64,000 bases of DNA, from the NCBI GenBank assembly GCA_030141605.1, contig JAQGDQ010000482.1, positions 105,939-169,938 on the forward strand, given 5' to 3'. Below are positions 1 to 12,930 of the stretch, one piece after another (position 1 is the stretch's first letter; each line of letters opens with the position of its first letter). The translations under genes and the position numbers were made by a program. The stretch is from Tubiluchus corallicola (taxonomy: Eukaryota > Animalia > Priapulida). Under the pieces are notes generated by a model that ran no database searches, was not told the DNA's origin, and saw only the letters and a program-made list of their open reading frames with translations.

Positions 1-102
1 ATCGAGGTCGCAAAAGAATGTTTTAATATTGGTAACTTTAACTCCCTGATGGCCATAATATCAGGACTCAGTATGGCACCCGTTGCTCGATTGAAGAAAA
101 CT
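1..102 (+). CDS. RASGEF1B: RasGEF1-family (RasGEF1A/B/C-like) exon, 5'-truncated by window edge
   Basis: Translates IEVAKECFNIGNFNSLMAIISGLSMAPVARLKKT, a CDC25-type RasGEF motif, followed by GTGAGT donor at 103. The symbol indicates the family; an invertebrate gene is likely co-orthologous to 1A/B/C. Confidence 0.9.
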
Positions 103-138
103 GTGAGTTTCATTGCTGCTACTTTTTTTTTACGAAAA

Positions 139-168
139 TCTCTCTCTCTCTCTCTCTCCCTCTCCCTC

Positions 169-216
<48 letters not shown>

Positions 217-268
217 TCTCTCTCTCTCTCCCTCCCTCCCTCCCTCTCCCTCTCTCTCTCTCTCTCTT
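139..268. repeat. (CT)n microsatellite in intron
   Basis: Directly visible; explains the SLSLSL ORFs. Confidence 0.97.
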
Positions 269-425
269 TGTGTGTGTTTGAAACAAAAACAACAATTAGT
301 GTCCAACTAGCCTACTATGAAAATGTGTAAAACCTTTTTGAAACAAAAATGAAATTGTAATCAAACAGTGTAAACAGTGTTTACTAATTTTTTTCTGATA
401 ATCACTTGCATATTTTTATTTTTAG

Positions 426-464
426 TGGGCCAAGGTAGACAAGTCCAAGTTTGATGTGTTGGAG
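426..464 (+). CDS. RASGEF1B: RasGEF1-family 39-nt exon
   Basis: tttag|...|gtatgt; WAKVDKSKFDVLE, matching the segment that follows RLKKT in RasGEF1 proteins. Confidence 0.88.
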
Positions 465-1004
465 GTATGTTTGAGTGTTTCAGATTTAATTTCGTTTTTT
501 ATGTATGATGTGATGCTGCCATTGTTTCGTACAAACTGCATGAAAAACGTGTCATGCTCAAAACATAATTTGTTTTTTTTTAAAGTGTTACTCTTGGGCT
601 TTCTAGGTTTAGCTTGATTTGTGTAATTGATAAACTCGTGAGTCAAATTATATCAGGGTTATAATAATAGTAATAAAAATAAAAATTAAATTGAAAGGCA
701 CTGGAATGGTTGATGGGAGCTTTGGAGAGGGGATGCATTGTTTAGGAAAGGTTACTGTTTCACCTGTGACGCTGTTTTCATGCCATATTTACTGTAAACT
801 GAAAAAGTATTTGTTTATTTGTTTGTGTATTTGATTTTGTATGTTTGCTTGTATGTTTGTTTGTCTATTTGTTTGTTTTTTCATTTGAAACAAAGAAAAA
901 TGGTACCAGTATCTTTGCATTGATATCGCATGCTAAGCGTGAAACTTGGAAGTCGCTAAAGTGCTGTTTGCGAAGCGTCAGTGACAGTTAATCTACTTTT
1001 ATAG

Positions 1005-1100
1005 GTAGCAATGGCACCAGCGTCTAATTTCCATAGTTATCGGTCTACATTACAAGCCGCCGTCTGGAGGTCGAAAAGCGGAACCGACGACAGACAGAAA
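1005..1100 (+). CDS. RASGEF1B: RasGEF1-family exon
   Basis: ttttatag|...|gtgagt; VAMAPASNFHSYRSTLQAAVWRSKSGTDDRQK, phase 0 on both sides. Confidence 0.88.
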
Positions 1101-1856
1101 GTGAGTGTTTTTAGACTGCAATACTATCATATGTCAAAAATTTTCACTATGGGTACTTGCTATAACTTAAACTTTTCTAGTTATTCACAAATCCCAAATC
1201 TCCATTTCATGAGGTTATTTTGATACCAAGCTCATCACTCTGTGTTATTTCTAAGCTGAGATAATCCATATTGAAGTTGAGGCGGAGGCTATGCACTGAA
1301 AAAATCTCTGTCAAAGTTAGCCATTGTTTCTTGTCGCATTTCTACAAAACCGTATTTAGTAATCGTATGAAATTGAGGTATCTCTGATGAACTTTGCAAA
1401 AGCACATTGAAAGTTAGGTTTAAATTCAGTAGATGGTTCTTCCTGACGAAGATCTGGGTTTGGCAACAGAAAAAACCTGAAGCAAAATGACCACTTCCTC
1501 GAGTGGAGTTGGATAACACAAATTTTTCACAATTGCAATACTAGTTTTTAGACACAGAAGCAGATGGGGGTTTTAAAATTAAATTTTTGATATTGTTAAT
1601 GAGATTTCCAGGATGTTTGATGTTAGGATATAAAAGTCTAATATATTTAGCGTTTGTTTTTATGAGAAAACAAAAAAAATCAATTTTTGATGTATTCTAC
1701 TTTGAAGCATCATAACATAGTTTTAACCTGTGCCGACTTACGACTTGCAAGCACACATATATGGTGAATTCATTTTGGTCGCCGGTGAGCAAAGTATGAT
1801 ATTCTAAGCTACTTTTTTTCAACTTCGACATTCTTCACTCTTTTACGTCATTTCAG

Positions 1857-2009
1857 ATCATCGTACCGCTCTTTAGTTTGCTATTGAAAGACATCTTCTA
1901 CTTGAATGAAGGCTGCGCGAACAGACTTCCCGACGGCCACATCAACTTTGAAAAGTTTTGGCAACTTGCCAAGCAGATTGGTGAAGTCATGGCCTGGAAA
2001 CGAGTTCAG
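1857..2009 (+). CDS. RASGEF1B: RasGEF1-family exon
   Basis: tttcag|...|gtaaat; IIVPLFSLLLKDIFYLNEGCANRLPDGHINFEKFWQLAKQIGEVMAWKRVQ, highly characteristic of RasGEF1. Confidence 0.93.
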
Positions 2010-2828
2010 GTAAATTACAGTTTGCATCTAATTAGTCAATGAAAACCCAACGTATGCATTGTGATAGTGTGACGGTTTCAATAGATTTTACTAGAAAAAA
2101 AGAAGGAATTTTGCTGGTGTTTTTCTTAGTTTTAATCATTACAAAACCTTGATATTTATTTAAAGGAAAACAGAACAGTTTTTAAATCACAGCTCATGTC
2201 GCTGTAGAATCAGGAAAACATCATCTTTTATTTGTTAAATTTATGGCAATTATGATAATCGTTGAATTATTTTTAGCTATTAGCTTTAGACATTTGATTT
2301 TTGTAAGCATGATTATTGATGACATCAGCATGAGGATGAAAATTTTGCAGTGACATAAGTTTTTAATTTACTTTTTATGAAAGCGAACGGAGCAGTTCTG
2401 TGTTTAACTGAGAGTGAGGCACAAAAGCTCGTTCTCAAATTCCAATTTCTAATTTCGAATACATTAATGGGATAACATCTGTGTTTACATGGCTGTGTTT
2501 GTAGTCTGCCAACGTAGTACAGCACTTTCACAATCCACATGCAAGAAATGGGGATTGAAACCCATCTAAATAGCAACATCAGTGGGCAGGAGGCAAAACG
2601 AACTGGATTAGGTTCTGAACTACTAATTAGTTTGTTTAAGACAATCTTTAAAAAAGTTATGTTTACACTTAAGCTGTTTTAAAGCTATGATTTAATTGTT
2701 TACTTGCTTATTGTAGTGTCTGATTGTTTACTTGTTTATTGTAGCATTTAATTGTTTACTTGCTTATTGTAGTGCCTGATCGTTTACTTGTTTATTGTAG
2801 CATTTGATTGTTTACTTGTTTATTTCAG

Positions 2829-2895
2829 TGTCCATTTGAGAAGGATGACAAGGTGTTGGCATATCTGCTGACAAACCCAGTATTTTCAGAACACG
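2829..2895 (+). CDS. RASGEF1B: RasGEF1-family exon
   Basis: tttcag|...|gttagt; CPFEKDDKVLAYLLTNPVFSEH, phase 1 end. Confidence 0.88.
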
Positions 2896-3243
2896 GTTAG
2901 TTTCTTCAACAGTTTAACTCTTAATCTCTTATGTTATTTGGCAAAGATTCTTGCTTGCCAAGGTGTTGCTGAGGTTTAGATGTTTAACATTGTGTGCATA
3001 AAGGATAGGACGTGTGGTCTGACCTGTCACAAAAAAAATCAATAATTTAAAGTTTGATTAGGATAAAAATTGATTGGAGTAACTAGATGTGTAAGTTTTC
3101 CGTCTGGACGATAGAAACCAACTAGATTAAGCTGTCGGAAAAATTCACATTCCAACTTTAAAAGCTGATCTGCAAAACAATAGTGAAGAAATAGGTTGGT
3201 TTAAGTGGCTCCATCTGTATTCAAGAAAATGTTACAGAACTTC

Positions 3244-3362
3244 GGCCCGGTTTTGCAGAGCTGTCACTAAGTTAACGACGTCGTTATTACATTCAGTTAA
3301 TAATAAATAAGTCAGTAATACAGACGTCGTTAAGTTTAGTGATGGCCTTGTGAAACCGGGCC
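3244..3362. mobile_element. ~120-bp palindromic MITE-like element
   Basis: GGCCCGGTTT...AAACCGGGCC ends, with internal arms cactaagttaacgacgtc / gacgtcgttaagtttagtg. No clear TSD. Confidence 0.6.
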
Positions 3363-3604
3363 CTGGTTTTGACCTGCGCTTCCCTGCTTCTCTGGGTTTC
3401 CATGCTAGTGTAATACCTACTTCAATTCAAAATGTTTGTCTGCCTGTCTGCGCATTATTTCAAAAAGTTGTTAACGTGTTGCAACGAAAGTTTGCAGAGA
3501 ATTGACTGCGATGCAAGAAGGGTTCTCATCTAGTGATAAATAATTTGGATATAGCGAGAAATATCAACATTTGTTTAATAATCACGTTTTTGTTTGTGTT
3601 TCAG

Positions 3605-3677
3605 CGCTAGCACTAGCGTCTTATGATTGTGAACCTGCTGAGAGTTCGTTTGAAAAAGACCGACAAAAGTCTCTAAA
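3605..3677 (+). CDS. RASGEF1B: RasGEF1-family exon
   Basis: tttcag|...|gtaagt; (A)LALASYDCEPAESSFEKDRQKSL(K); phases compatible with neighbouring exons. Confidence 0.88.
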
Positions 3678-4103
3678 GTAAGTAGTAGATTTTATGTAGT
3701 TTTTTCTACGGTCAACAAGCCAGTAATTAGTACTGGGAGAACTGCCCTCTCGGATCATAGTGACTGTTTTTTACCTGGTCCGTGAAAGTGCCTAAAACTT
3801 TTACACCTGAATAATAGCTGCTGAATGAAATCTGAATCTGTGAACATTTGTCATTTCTCATGCTTGTTTGTGTTTACTGGCTTTAGTGGACGCAACTATT
3901 GAGAAAGGGTTTGCAGTCTTTGGTACCACTGAGAACATATGTTGAATCTGGAAAGGGTTTGCAGTCTGGTATTCACATATTCTTTCACTAGACAAGCTCA
4001 GCATTGCTTAACTTTGGTTGCTAACTTGTAGCCTATAACCTCTCAGCTATTTCACTCACCCGAAATTGTTACTTTCGTTCACTTTTTAATTTTTATTTTC
4101 CAG

Positions 4104-4119
4104 GACGTCGACAAGGTGA
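4104..4119 (+). CDS. RASGEF1B: RasGEF1-family terminal coding exon
   Basis: Strong polypyrimidine acceptor ttttattttccag|; completes K-T-S-T-R-TGA in phase. Confidence 0.7.
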
Positions 4120-4962
4120 CGCCCAACACTCATCTGTACTGAAGTCTACGACGCATGTATTTGAATGTGGACTTGCCTAGAAGAATTTTGGGAAGACGAA
4201 AAAAGAAGGTACATTTGCGACTAGAGTGTGTAGCTAGAGTGCTCTGGTATTTGTTTCACAATAGTGGTACAGCCTTTTGTGCAAGCTGCGGTGACTTTTT
4301 GGTGCTGCCACCTATTAAACAAAACAAGAAGCTACTTGCAATACCTGGTGATGCTTTTTAAATGAGGTGCTCGAAAAGGCATGTTGAACTGCAAACGTAA
4401 GAATGTGAATGTGCCTAGTGACACCATCTGGCGGGTGAAAGTGCAGCTAAACTGGTCTGTGTTAAAGTCTGAATCTCGACGATAGAATATCAGTTGTGCA
4501 AATTATATGTTTATTGTATAATATTTAATTGTTATTTTGTAATATACTTTGCAGTTTAATATGTAAATTTGTGTATCATAAGTGTCTTCTACATTTTCGT
4601 GTTGTACATATAATATATATAATCATCGTTTCTTTACATTGTAAGTAACTTCGGACAAGCATTTTTGATACTAATGAAACTTCCAAACTTCTTATCTTAC
4701 TATCTTAATCACTTTATTTATCCATCTTGTCCAACTAACTTTTGGGTAAAGAGCCATCTTGATTTTGGGTAGAATTAAATGTCTATTACGTAGCAAACTG
4801 TAACTTTTTTGAAGTGTTTTCTAAATTTAAGACAGCAAGTTTAGGTCAGTCTTTTTGATACTTTTTTATATTTATTAATTTTTACATGGTCAAATTAGAC
4901 ATAAGCTCGCAGGTCAAAATCTTATCGCGGTATCAAAAACTAGGTTACTACTTCGCTCTTAA

Positions 4963-5468
4963 AGGTCATATTTAAAGTAAGGACAAATTTTCTTTAATTA
5001 AAATAGTTAACCGTAACTTAAAATTTGAAACTAATTTTACCAAATTTCATGACTTGCATCTGGATGAAATCAGGCCTCGAAGTTGCCTTTTCCCCCCAAA
5101 AATTGTTTGCTTTTGCGGGAATGTCGGAAAATCATAGGCTAAACAACTGTCCTAGCAACGGTTTCCTTGGATACCGAATCGTTTCTGTGACGAGGAATTT
5201 GTAAACAATGCTACAACGAAATGCAACACGTGATAACAGAATGCAAACGCTGCCGTAACTAAAGACTAAAGAGCTCCTGGCGCCATCTAACGAGTAAAAC
5301 GTGCGAAATAAAGTTCCAGACTTTCTTAGGAAATGACAACCTTCACGTCAAATTTCCTCTTATATAAATCACCAAGAAAAAGTTAAAAGTATCAAAATAT
5401 CTTAGAGCATTTTTTCATTTTTTTTTTCGTAAAACTGAAGTTTCATAATCTGCGCTGTATTTGAACCT
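4963..5468. mobile_element. Possible TTAA-flanked (Kolobok-like) MITE
   Basis: ttaa|aggtcatattt ... tatttgaacct|ttaa; imperfect short TIR. Confidence 0.35.
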
Positions 5469-5676
5469 TTAAATGTTAAAAAGTTCAAATTGACAAGATG
5501 TCTTCTAGCCTAGTCTGATTTTAATTGTTCGCAGTAATAATAGCTGCCGCCATAGTGTTAAGCTATGTCCATTTACAACAGCCTGTCCATGACAAAGTCA
5601 CGTCTATGTTTTTTTAACTCGTATTTTTCTTGACGAGGTAAAGCGTCATTATAGTGAACGTTGCTAATTTATCATG

Positions 5677-6050
5677 TTTACTAGTAACCTTGAAACGTTA
5701 GCGGTATATTGTTTGCTGCTCTCATATACTTTCAATTTATGCACTTCTGAGGTGCGTGATGGGCATACCGGATAAATGGATGAACCGCATAGCCCTGCCC
5801 TTTACTAATAACCTCGAAACATTAGCAGTATATTGTTAACTGCTGTCATATACCTATAATGTATGCACTTCTGAGGTGCGTGATGGGCTTACCGGATAAA
5901 TGGATGAACCGCATAGCCCTGCCCTTTACTAATAACCTCGAAACGTTAGCAGTATATTGTTAGCTGCTGTCATATATTTTCAATGTATGCACTTCTGAGG
6001 TGCATGATGGGCTTACCGAATAAATGGATGAATCACATAGCCTTTGCCCT
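5677..6050. repeat. ~123-bp tandem repeat x3
   Basis: Units begin at 5677, 5801 and 5924 (tttacta[g/a]taacct...gccctgccc). Confidence 0.9.
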
Positions 6051-6302
6051 CATTTTGGGCACTTTATGAAAGCAGCATTTATATAAGAATTCTCAACTAA
6101 CGTATTCCCTTGCACAGCTAAGTAAATAACTTTGAAATAAGATGATTTGTAATGCTATTACTAAATTAGTGTTATTGAGTCTCGAACTGCGTGTTTCTGC
6201 CGCTGTCTGTTCGTCATACAGTTGTATTTCTAATTGCATATATGTTGACTCTGATTCATAAATTTTTGAATTTTTGTCACCGTGTAATAAACGTGGTCAT
6301 AA

Positions 6303-6639
6303 AGGTCTGTTCAGACTAGAGAATTTTCTGTCTGACAGCAAACTCGCAAGTGTGAACGCCTCGGCGAGTTACTCTCAGCACTTGTCGCAGTGAATAGAGA
6401 AGTAAGTGTCAGCTTGCGCTTACTGTCGAAGAGTAACTGTCCAGTGTGAACGCTTCGGCGAGTTTCTCTCAGCACTTGTCGCAGTGAATAGAGAAGTAAG
6501 TGTCAGCTTGCGCTTACTGTCGAAGAGTAACTCTCACCAAGTTTACTCTCTAGTCTGAATGCGCTTGCGAGTTACTTTGCAAGTTAACTTAGTGAGTCTA
6601 AGTTAGTCTGCTAGTTCACCTGCTAGTCTGAACATGCCT
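6303..6639. mobile_element. PIF/Harbinger-type MITE
   Basis: TAA|aggtctgttcagactag ... ctagtctgaacatgcct|TAA; internal ~94-bp direct duplication. Confidence 0.75.
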
Positions 6640-6657
6640 TAACAGTTAATGTTATTA

Positions 6658-7082
6658 CAGTCAACCTCGCATATAAGGGACAGCTCCAGACCGGAGAAAA
6701 TCGTCCCTTATATCCGATGTCCCTTATAGCCAAAGTTGAGTCAGACCGAGAGTTATCTAGACCTGCGAGCTCTATATACCTCATCTGGTAGCCTAATGCT
6801 CGATGAACCATTTGTCGCAATGTATGTAATATACCGATTTAATACAAACACACCCAATCGCCTTGAACTGAACACAAAAATCGATCTTTATTCAAACTCA
6901 TCCCAATTACAAGACATTTTACTACTGGTAGTTATGCTAATAATGTAAATTGAGATGTATATTACAAGTACGAGTGCTTAATTTTGCTTAATTAAATCCT
7001 TATGATCCGCGCGGGGTCTCGGGCATAGGGACCTGAAGATATCGTCCCTTATATCCATGTATCTTATACTCGAGGTTGACTG
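6658..7082. mobile_element. pogo/Tigger-type MITE
   Basis: TA|cagtcaacctcg...cgaggttgactg|TA, with subterminal atcgtcccttatatcc repeats. Confidence 0.8.
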
Positions 7083-10000
7083 TATTTTATGCATCTGTCA
7101 ACTTTCTTTAAAGCGTTACAGAAAGTACTTCCAGAGTTTATCATCTGTATTATCAACCCAGTGAGATTATTAATATTACTACTATTGTTAATCTTTAGTG
7201 CTATTATTTAATTTTATAGTAATATATTATTTATGAAACATTTTAAATGTATTTGCATAAGGACCAACAGTTTTTTATATATGGAGTAGGTTAGACTAAT
7301 TTATCATGCGTGTTATTGACGCGGCTTTTCAAAAGTCGTGTTGAGGCAAAAATATGTTACTAAAATGTCATTAAACCTACCATTTGCAGTTTTCGAATTC
7401 ACAAAAGTATTATGAAGACATTAATAATACCGTAATATGGTAAAACGTTTTGTTTAAAAAGATTGTGACTTTCTCCCCCCCCCCCTTCAGAATAAGTTTG
7501 TTTTGGTATTACACATTTTTGGTGTTTTTTTATCCAAAAATGATTATTTTGGTTGTTTTTCACAAATTCTGGAAAAAAAGTCAAAATGCTGTTATTGTTC
7601 TTACTGGGTCTATGTAATGATTAAAACGTTGATTTAGTTACAAATCTGCAAAAGTTGATTGCTAATAGTGATTATTGTACAAAATTGTGAATATTGGTGG
7701 CTTTGTATAAAAATCGTTTGTAATTTCTGTATACGTGTTTGTTTAGCCTGCAAAACGGTGTTTTGTAGATACAACTTACTGGACTGAAACGTGGTGTAAA
7801 TTTAGCTTAGTAGTTGTTCGAATTTCGTGAAATATGAAATTCTGCCTCAGATTTATCCTCATTTGGCAGGAAATATTCAATAAATTAAAAACATTCAAGT
7901 GATCTTGGTTTTGAACCAGCATCCTTTGCATTACAACTCGAGTGTCTACAACTGAATCAAATGTAATGTCATTATGATAAAGAGACGGGTGTTACTTCCA
8001 ATGCAGATGCTAGGTGACTTTTGTAAGGGTTGGTTCACTTGTACTAGAGAATAACTGTTGAATTTCAATACTGCATTTTAATTCTAATTCTTATGGTCTT
8101 TATTAAATTGAATGTATTTTGGGGCAAGTTTAGCCTCGTGCAATTCAAGGACACTGGTTCAAATCCCAGCTCACCTTCATTCATTTGCTTTCTTTGATCA
8201 AACAGTTTTGTATTCGGAAGTTCAGTAATTGTGAATTTAGCCATTAAATCATGTTCTTAAACCGAGTCTAATTTTATGGGTTGTTTAGTCTGCTGGCTGT
8301 GTAATTTTCATTTCATTGTCATCTGTGGAAAGAAATTTGAGTTTGTCGGCTAATTATGGCGTCTTTAAAATTTAATACTCAGAATAGCTTAATAAAATTA
8401 CTTATTAACCTATGATGATTTTTATTGTTTTTTCCTTTAACCTAAGAGCAAAGCTATTATATTATTGGCAAAGCAAAATGTCTATATTTTCAGGTTTGTA
8501 TCAATGCATGCACCTGGTTTGTTTTGTCCAGTTTGTCTGTCTGCGTGTTGCAACCCATAACCTCAATAAAAAATGATGAACACTTTGGTACAGGTTGATT
8601 TCCTTTATTACTGTGCTCAAAAAAAGAAGTGAAGGCGGTGTAGAGGGGGGTCAGTTTCAACGTAAATTGCAGTCTGAAATAATAAAAGTAAAAAGCAACA
8701 TTTAGAACTTAATAATTTACTTAATTTACACACTACAACAAAAATTAAATTTAAAGCACTAACCTCAGTTTAGGTAAATCAAAAAACCATAAAATATCAT
8801 TTGAAGCAAACATACCTTAACAAACTACATTACGAAATTTGAAATCTGAACTTTGCCAGCAGACCATGAAACCTGAACTACCACTGCCCAACATACAATA
8901 GCCAGGACCCTGTTACACCTCATTACCTCTAGTTGAAGCCCAGTAAATGGTATGTAAATAGATAGTACAGTAAACAGTTTAAGAAATAGGTAAATTATTT
9001 TTACAGGTAAATAACCAAAAGATGGCAGCACCTCCCTAGGATACTACCACCTTCTGCTAAGTCTAAGTCTAAAAAAACATTAATTATGGCACAACTGCGT
9101 AACAAAATGCATATTATCAAATGGTTTCCTTAACAATACATGGTTATAACGCCAAACTTATTTAACGCCAAGTTTTACTGGGGTCCCAAAGTAGGCGATG
9201 CAAAGAGTTTTGATTGTAAAACTATAGACCTACCTTGCATTCTTATGGTATGTTTTTGACTTCTCAGCTAGGAGTAACTTACTTTTGGCAACTATAGTCA
9301 TGCCATTAATTTGGCATTTTACTTCCAATCTTTTACATGTTATCATGCCTCTCTTCAGGTTTGTGATGAAAGAAAAACTATGTTGAAAAGGCGTATCAAT
9401 AAAACTGAGTTTTCCCACCACCGTTTCACACTTCTAACCTTTATTGAACATTTTTCCTGATAGATGGCACCACACACAAATGCGGTATAATATTTTGCTA
9501 GGTCATTAAGGCTGTAGTTGCATAAGTGAAGTAACTTTGTTGATTCTCCGGACTATAATTGTCAGGACTTTGTACTTTCACAAAAAAATTGAAAGTAACA
9601 ACTGATCCAGGTTCAACTACTGTCCTTTTTCGGTGGTAAAGCAAACAATGAAGCGATAACATTATATAAAAAAGACAAATTAACCCGGTGAACGTAGTTT
9701 TATCAACTAGTATTAACAATTTATTAAAGATAATTACATTATTGCAATAGTTGTGAATATAGACTATAGAGCACAGAACGAAATTAATTTAAGACATATA
9801 CAATATCTGGTCTTATACGATGAATTATACGAAACTTGGTTGAATCAGAATGGTAAAAATGTTTAAATTAGCGCTACTGCTACTAGTATCACTACTCACT
9901 AGAAGTAAATATTATAGCTCCACTATAGCATTAAGATGGCATAACAGGTATGTATGCTATATAGGCTTTCTAGTATGCTAAATCATGAGTTTGTTAGATC

Positions 10001-11575
10001 ATAGAACGGGTAAATTAATCAGAAGTAATTGCGTCAGAGTTTTGCTCTTACAGAATTTCCACCACTGTAATCTAACTTTCTACATGTAACATAACTAGCC
10101 ATCTGTAAACAACGACATCACAGTGTCGCCATCTACGATCAAACATTAACACAAATTAACAAAAAATGAAACTTTAAAAACTTTTCACAGTACGTCTGAT
10201 ACATAGAAAGCCCACCAGCTATAGGGCAAAATTGTTAAAAATGCTAATTTATATAAATGTAGAGGACACCGGGGTAAATTTTAACACAAGAAAACTGACG
10301 TTTGGATGACAGTGAGATGAAAGACTGTTGGTAATGGCGGACTTTTATCGAAACATTAATAAACAATGCAATTTTATATTCAATATTTTACATTTCTACA
10401 AACTAATTACAATTAAATTTAAAGTCATGATTACAATATTGATAATAAAAAATTAACTAGCAAAATAAAGCGTATAAAGCAACTCTATTCACTGCTTATT
10501 AACAATTTCTATTCTAATTAGTCCCATGATAATCATAATACAGTAAGGTAAGAAATAGATGCAGCAACAGATAAGACGTGCTGCTACAAGAGTTTACCGC
10601 CTTTGCATTCAATACCAGTTCATAGTTAATGCAGACGTTTTTGGCAGAAACGGCACATAGCAAATGTTCGAGAGTAATTCTTGACGAGGCACTGAACCAT
10701 CAGAATGTGTTAGTCACGTTCACATTCGTATACATCGTCTACCGTCAAGGTAACTGGTACGGCAAACCAAACAATTTAAGAGAGGGGTTTTCACAATAGT
10801 CACCCACCCACTACTTGCTTGATTCGGCATGGCTCAACTTCATCGACGATGCAACATGCCCACTCAGCTGTTTTCTGGCCTGCAGATTTGATCTGCCTCC
10901 AAAATATGCGATTTCGCAAGTGATTGCAAAATTGTTTGCAAGTCATTTAAACATTAATATTATGTAATAACAATAATTTAAACATTATATCATATTTAAT
11001 CATTAGTCTTAGTTCAATTATTGCAATTTCTTTACGTTCATAGGGAACTATTAAGAATTAGTTAAATAAAGCCATTTTATTTCCACTTTTCTGGAGGAAA
11101 AAGCTGCTTACAAATTTCGCTTTTTACTACGGGTCTCTTATTTGTGGAAGTCATCGCGCCAGAAAGCTACGTCACTTGCTTTAAGAAGAAAGCTAACAGG
11201 TAACTTCTATGACTCAAAAAAACAAATCATAAGAATTTTAGTTGTCTAGACCAGAACATATTCTCCCTTTCTCATTGCAATCATTTTACTTTGAAAATCT
11301 TTGGTCTGTTTTGGCACGCCCTGTACAAAAGAAGGGCAAGCTAGTTAAATTCAATATTCGAACTATTAACCTTGGCCATGACATGAAAATGACACACAAA
11401 CAAAGTTAAACATACCTATTACATCTGTGCTCATAGATCAAACTGTGTATTTGTACAGGCAAACATAAGATAGTTGCATAGAGTGCAAGGCATCAACGTA
11501 CTTTTTTCTCTCAGAAACATGTAGTAAAGTCCCAGCCCAGAACAAAACAGTGAGAATCGGGGGCGCCATTTTTTA

Positions 11576-11750
11576 AATTCAATTCAATTCAATTTTAATG
11601 TATTTATCTCTGTATAATACTACAATAAAACATGATTAATAAAAGAATCGCTAATAAGTTTTGAAGAATGGTTAAAATGAATAGATAGATCTAGAACTAG
11701 AGAAAGGATAGCACAAAGACTATAAAGTCACCTAGTCTGCTATCCTTTAC
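11576..11750 (-). mobile_element. CR1/L2-group LINE 3' end remnant
   Basis: On minus: stem-loop at 11704-11747 followed by a (TTGAA)n tail; abuts the hAT MITE. Confidence 0.5.
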
Positions 11751-11754
11751 ACTG

Positions 11755-12465
11755 CAGTGTTTTTCAACCAGTGTGCCGCGGCACACTGATGTGCCGTGAA
11801 AGATCATCAGGTGTGCCGTGGGAAATTATCTAATATCACCTAATTAACCATTGTCGGGTGTCTGTGCTGTAATAAACTGTGGCCGATAATGTATAACTCT
11901 TTTATTTCAGTGGGTGGCAGCAGAGAGCGATAAATGCCTGTAAAGTCAATAGAGTTAGTGTTTATGTACAGCATCATTACTTGAAATATACTTGACTCTC
12001 AAAACACTGCGGGGTTGAATGATAAACAAGAGAATTATCACTGTTGTATGTTTGCTTAGTAAATTCGTGTACAGTTTACTTTGAGCACATAACTGGTTTA
12101 GATATACCATAGTTTAGGTTTGCTATATATACAAATGTAAATGTGTTGCGGGCAATCAACCACAGACAGCTTCATTAATATAGTAAGTTTTCAGGCTTCC
12201 TTAGAACTATCAATCGACTTGATCAGGCGTAATTATAGGGCCAAAGAATTCCACAATTTGGAGGCAGGAGACGTGAACGATTATGTGACTAGCCTGCTAC
12301 GTGAGACTTCAAGATTTCACCACTTTCTGTGCTGACGCATCAGTCAGAATGGTCACGTGACCACCTATTGTTTCAACATGCACGTGTCTGTAAATGGTGG
12401 TGGTGCCCGAGGATTTTGGAAATGTAAAAAATGTGCCGTGGCTCAAAAAAGGTTGAAAATCACTG
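11755..12465 (+). mobile_element. Non-autonomous Charlie/Buster hAT (MITE)
   Basis: TIRs cagtgtttttcaacc / ggttgaaaatcactg; first ~115 bp and last ~70 bp match the ends of the element at 19623-21566; near-TSD ctttacac / ctttacag (NNNTANNN type). Confidence 0.88.
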
Positions 12466-12782
12466 CTTTACAGAATAGATAAAATGATTTTTAGACACTG
12501 GTGGGCATTAATGTTTAATTTAGGAAGCATTAATAATTTTAAAATTATGACATTTGCTATATAATTAAGTAATCCAGAGTAAAGAAAATACGTGTACTAT
12601 AATTAGCAGGCAACAAAATAAGGTCAGTCTTGATTAAACTAAAAATAGCATTTACATTTTATGTGAAACGCAGGTCAAAATTGTTATGAAATGATAAAAA
12701 CACTTTGGGTTAATAATGCAATTAATCAACGCAATTCAATTCAATTCAAATGTGCTGCTGCGTGTATTTCCATATACATATA

Positions 12783-12930
12783 CAATCAAGCCTCGTTATA
12801 ACGCCCTCTTTATAACTCCAACATCGCTTTGAGTGCCCAGGTTTTTGTATTACTGCGCCTCGTTACAATACCAAAATCGCTCAATACGAACTTTGTTTGC
12901 AGTCCAAATGTGGACGGTTGAAAAAGGCTT
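12783..12930 (+). mobile_element. Tigger/pogo-like left end (a related right end lies at ~9140-9215)
   Basis: TA|caatcaagcctcgttataacgcc; 9140-9217 ends ...ttttgattg|TA with ttataacgcc motifs. The two ends face away from each other, so they are separate fragments. Confidence 0.45.

Noticed and set aside
5755-5925. SECIS element implying selenocysteine read-through of the RasGEF1 TGA
   Set aside because: The 3' side of the quartet reads UGC rather than UGA, helix II pairs poorly beyond 5-6 bp, and RasGEF1 proteins are not known selenoproteins.
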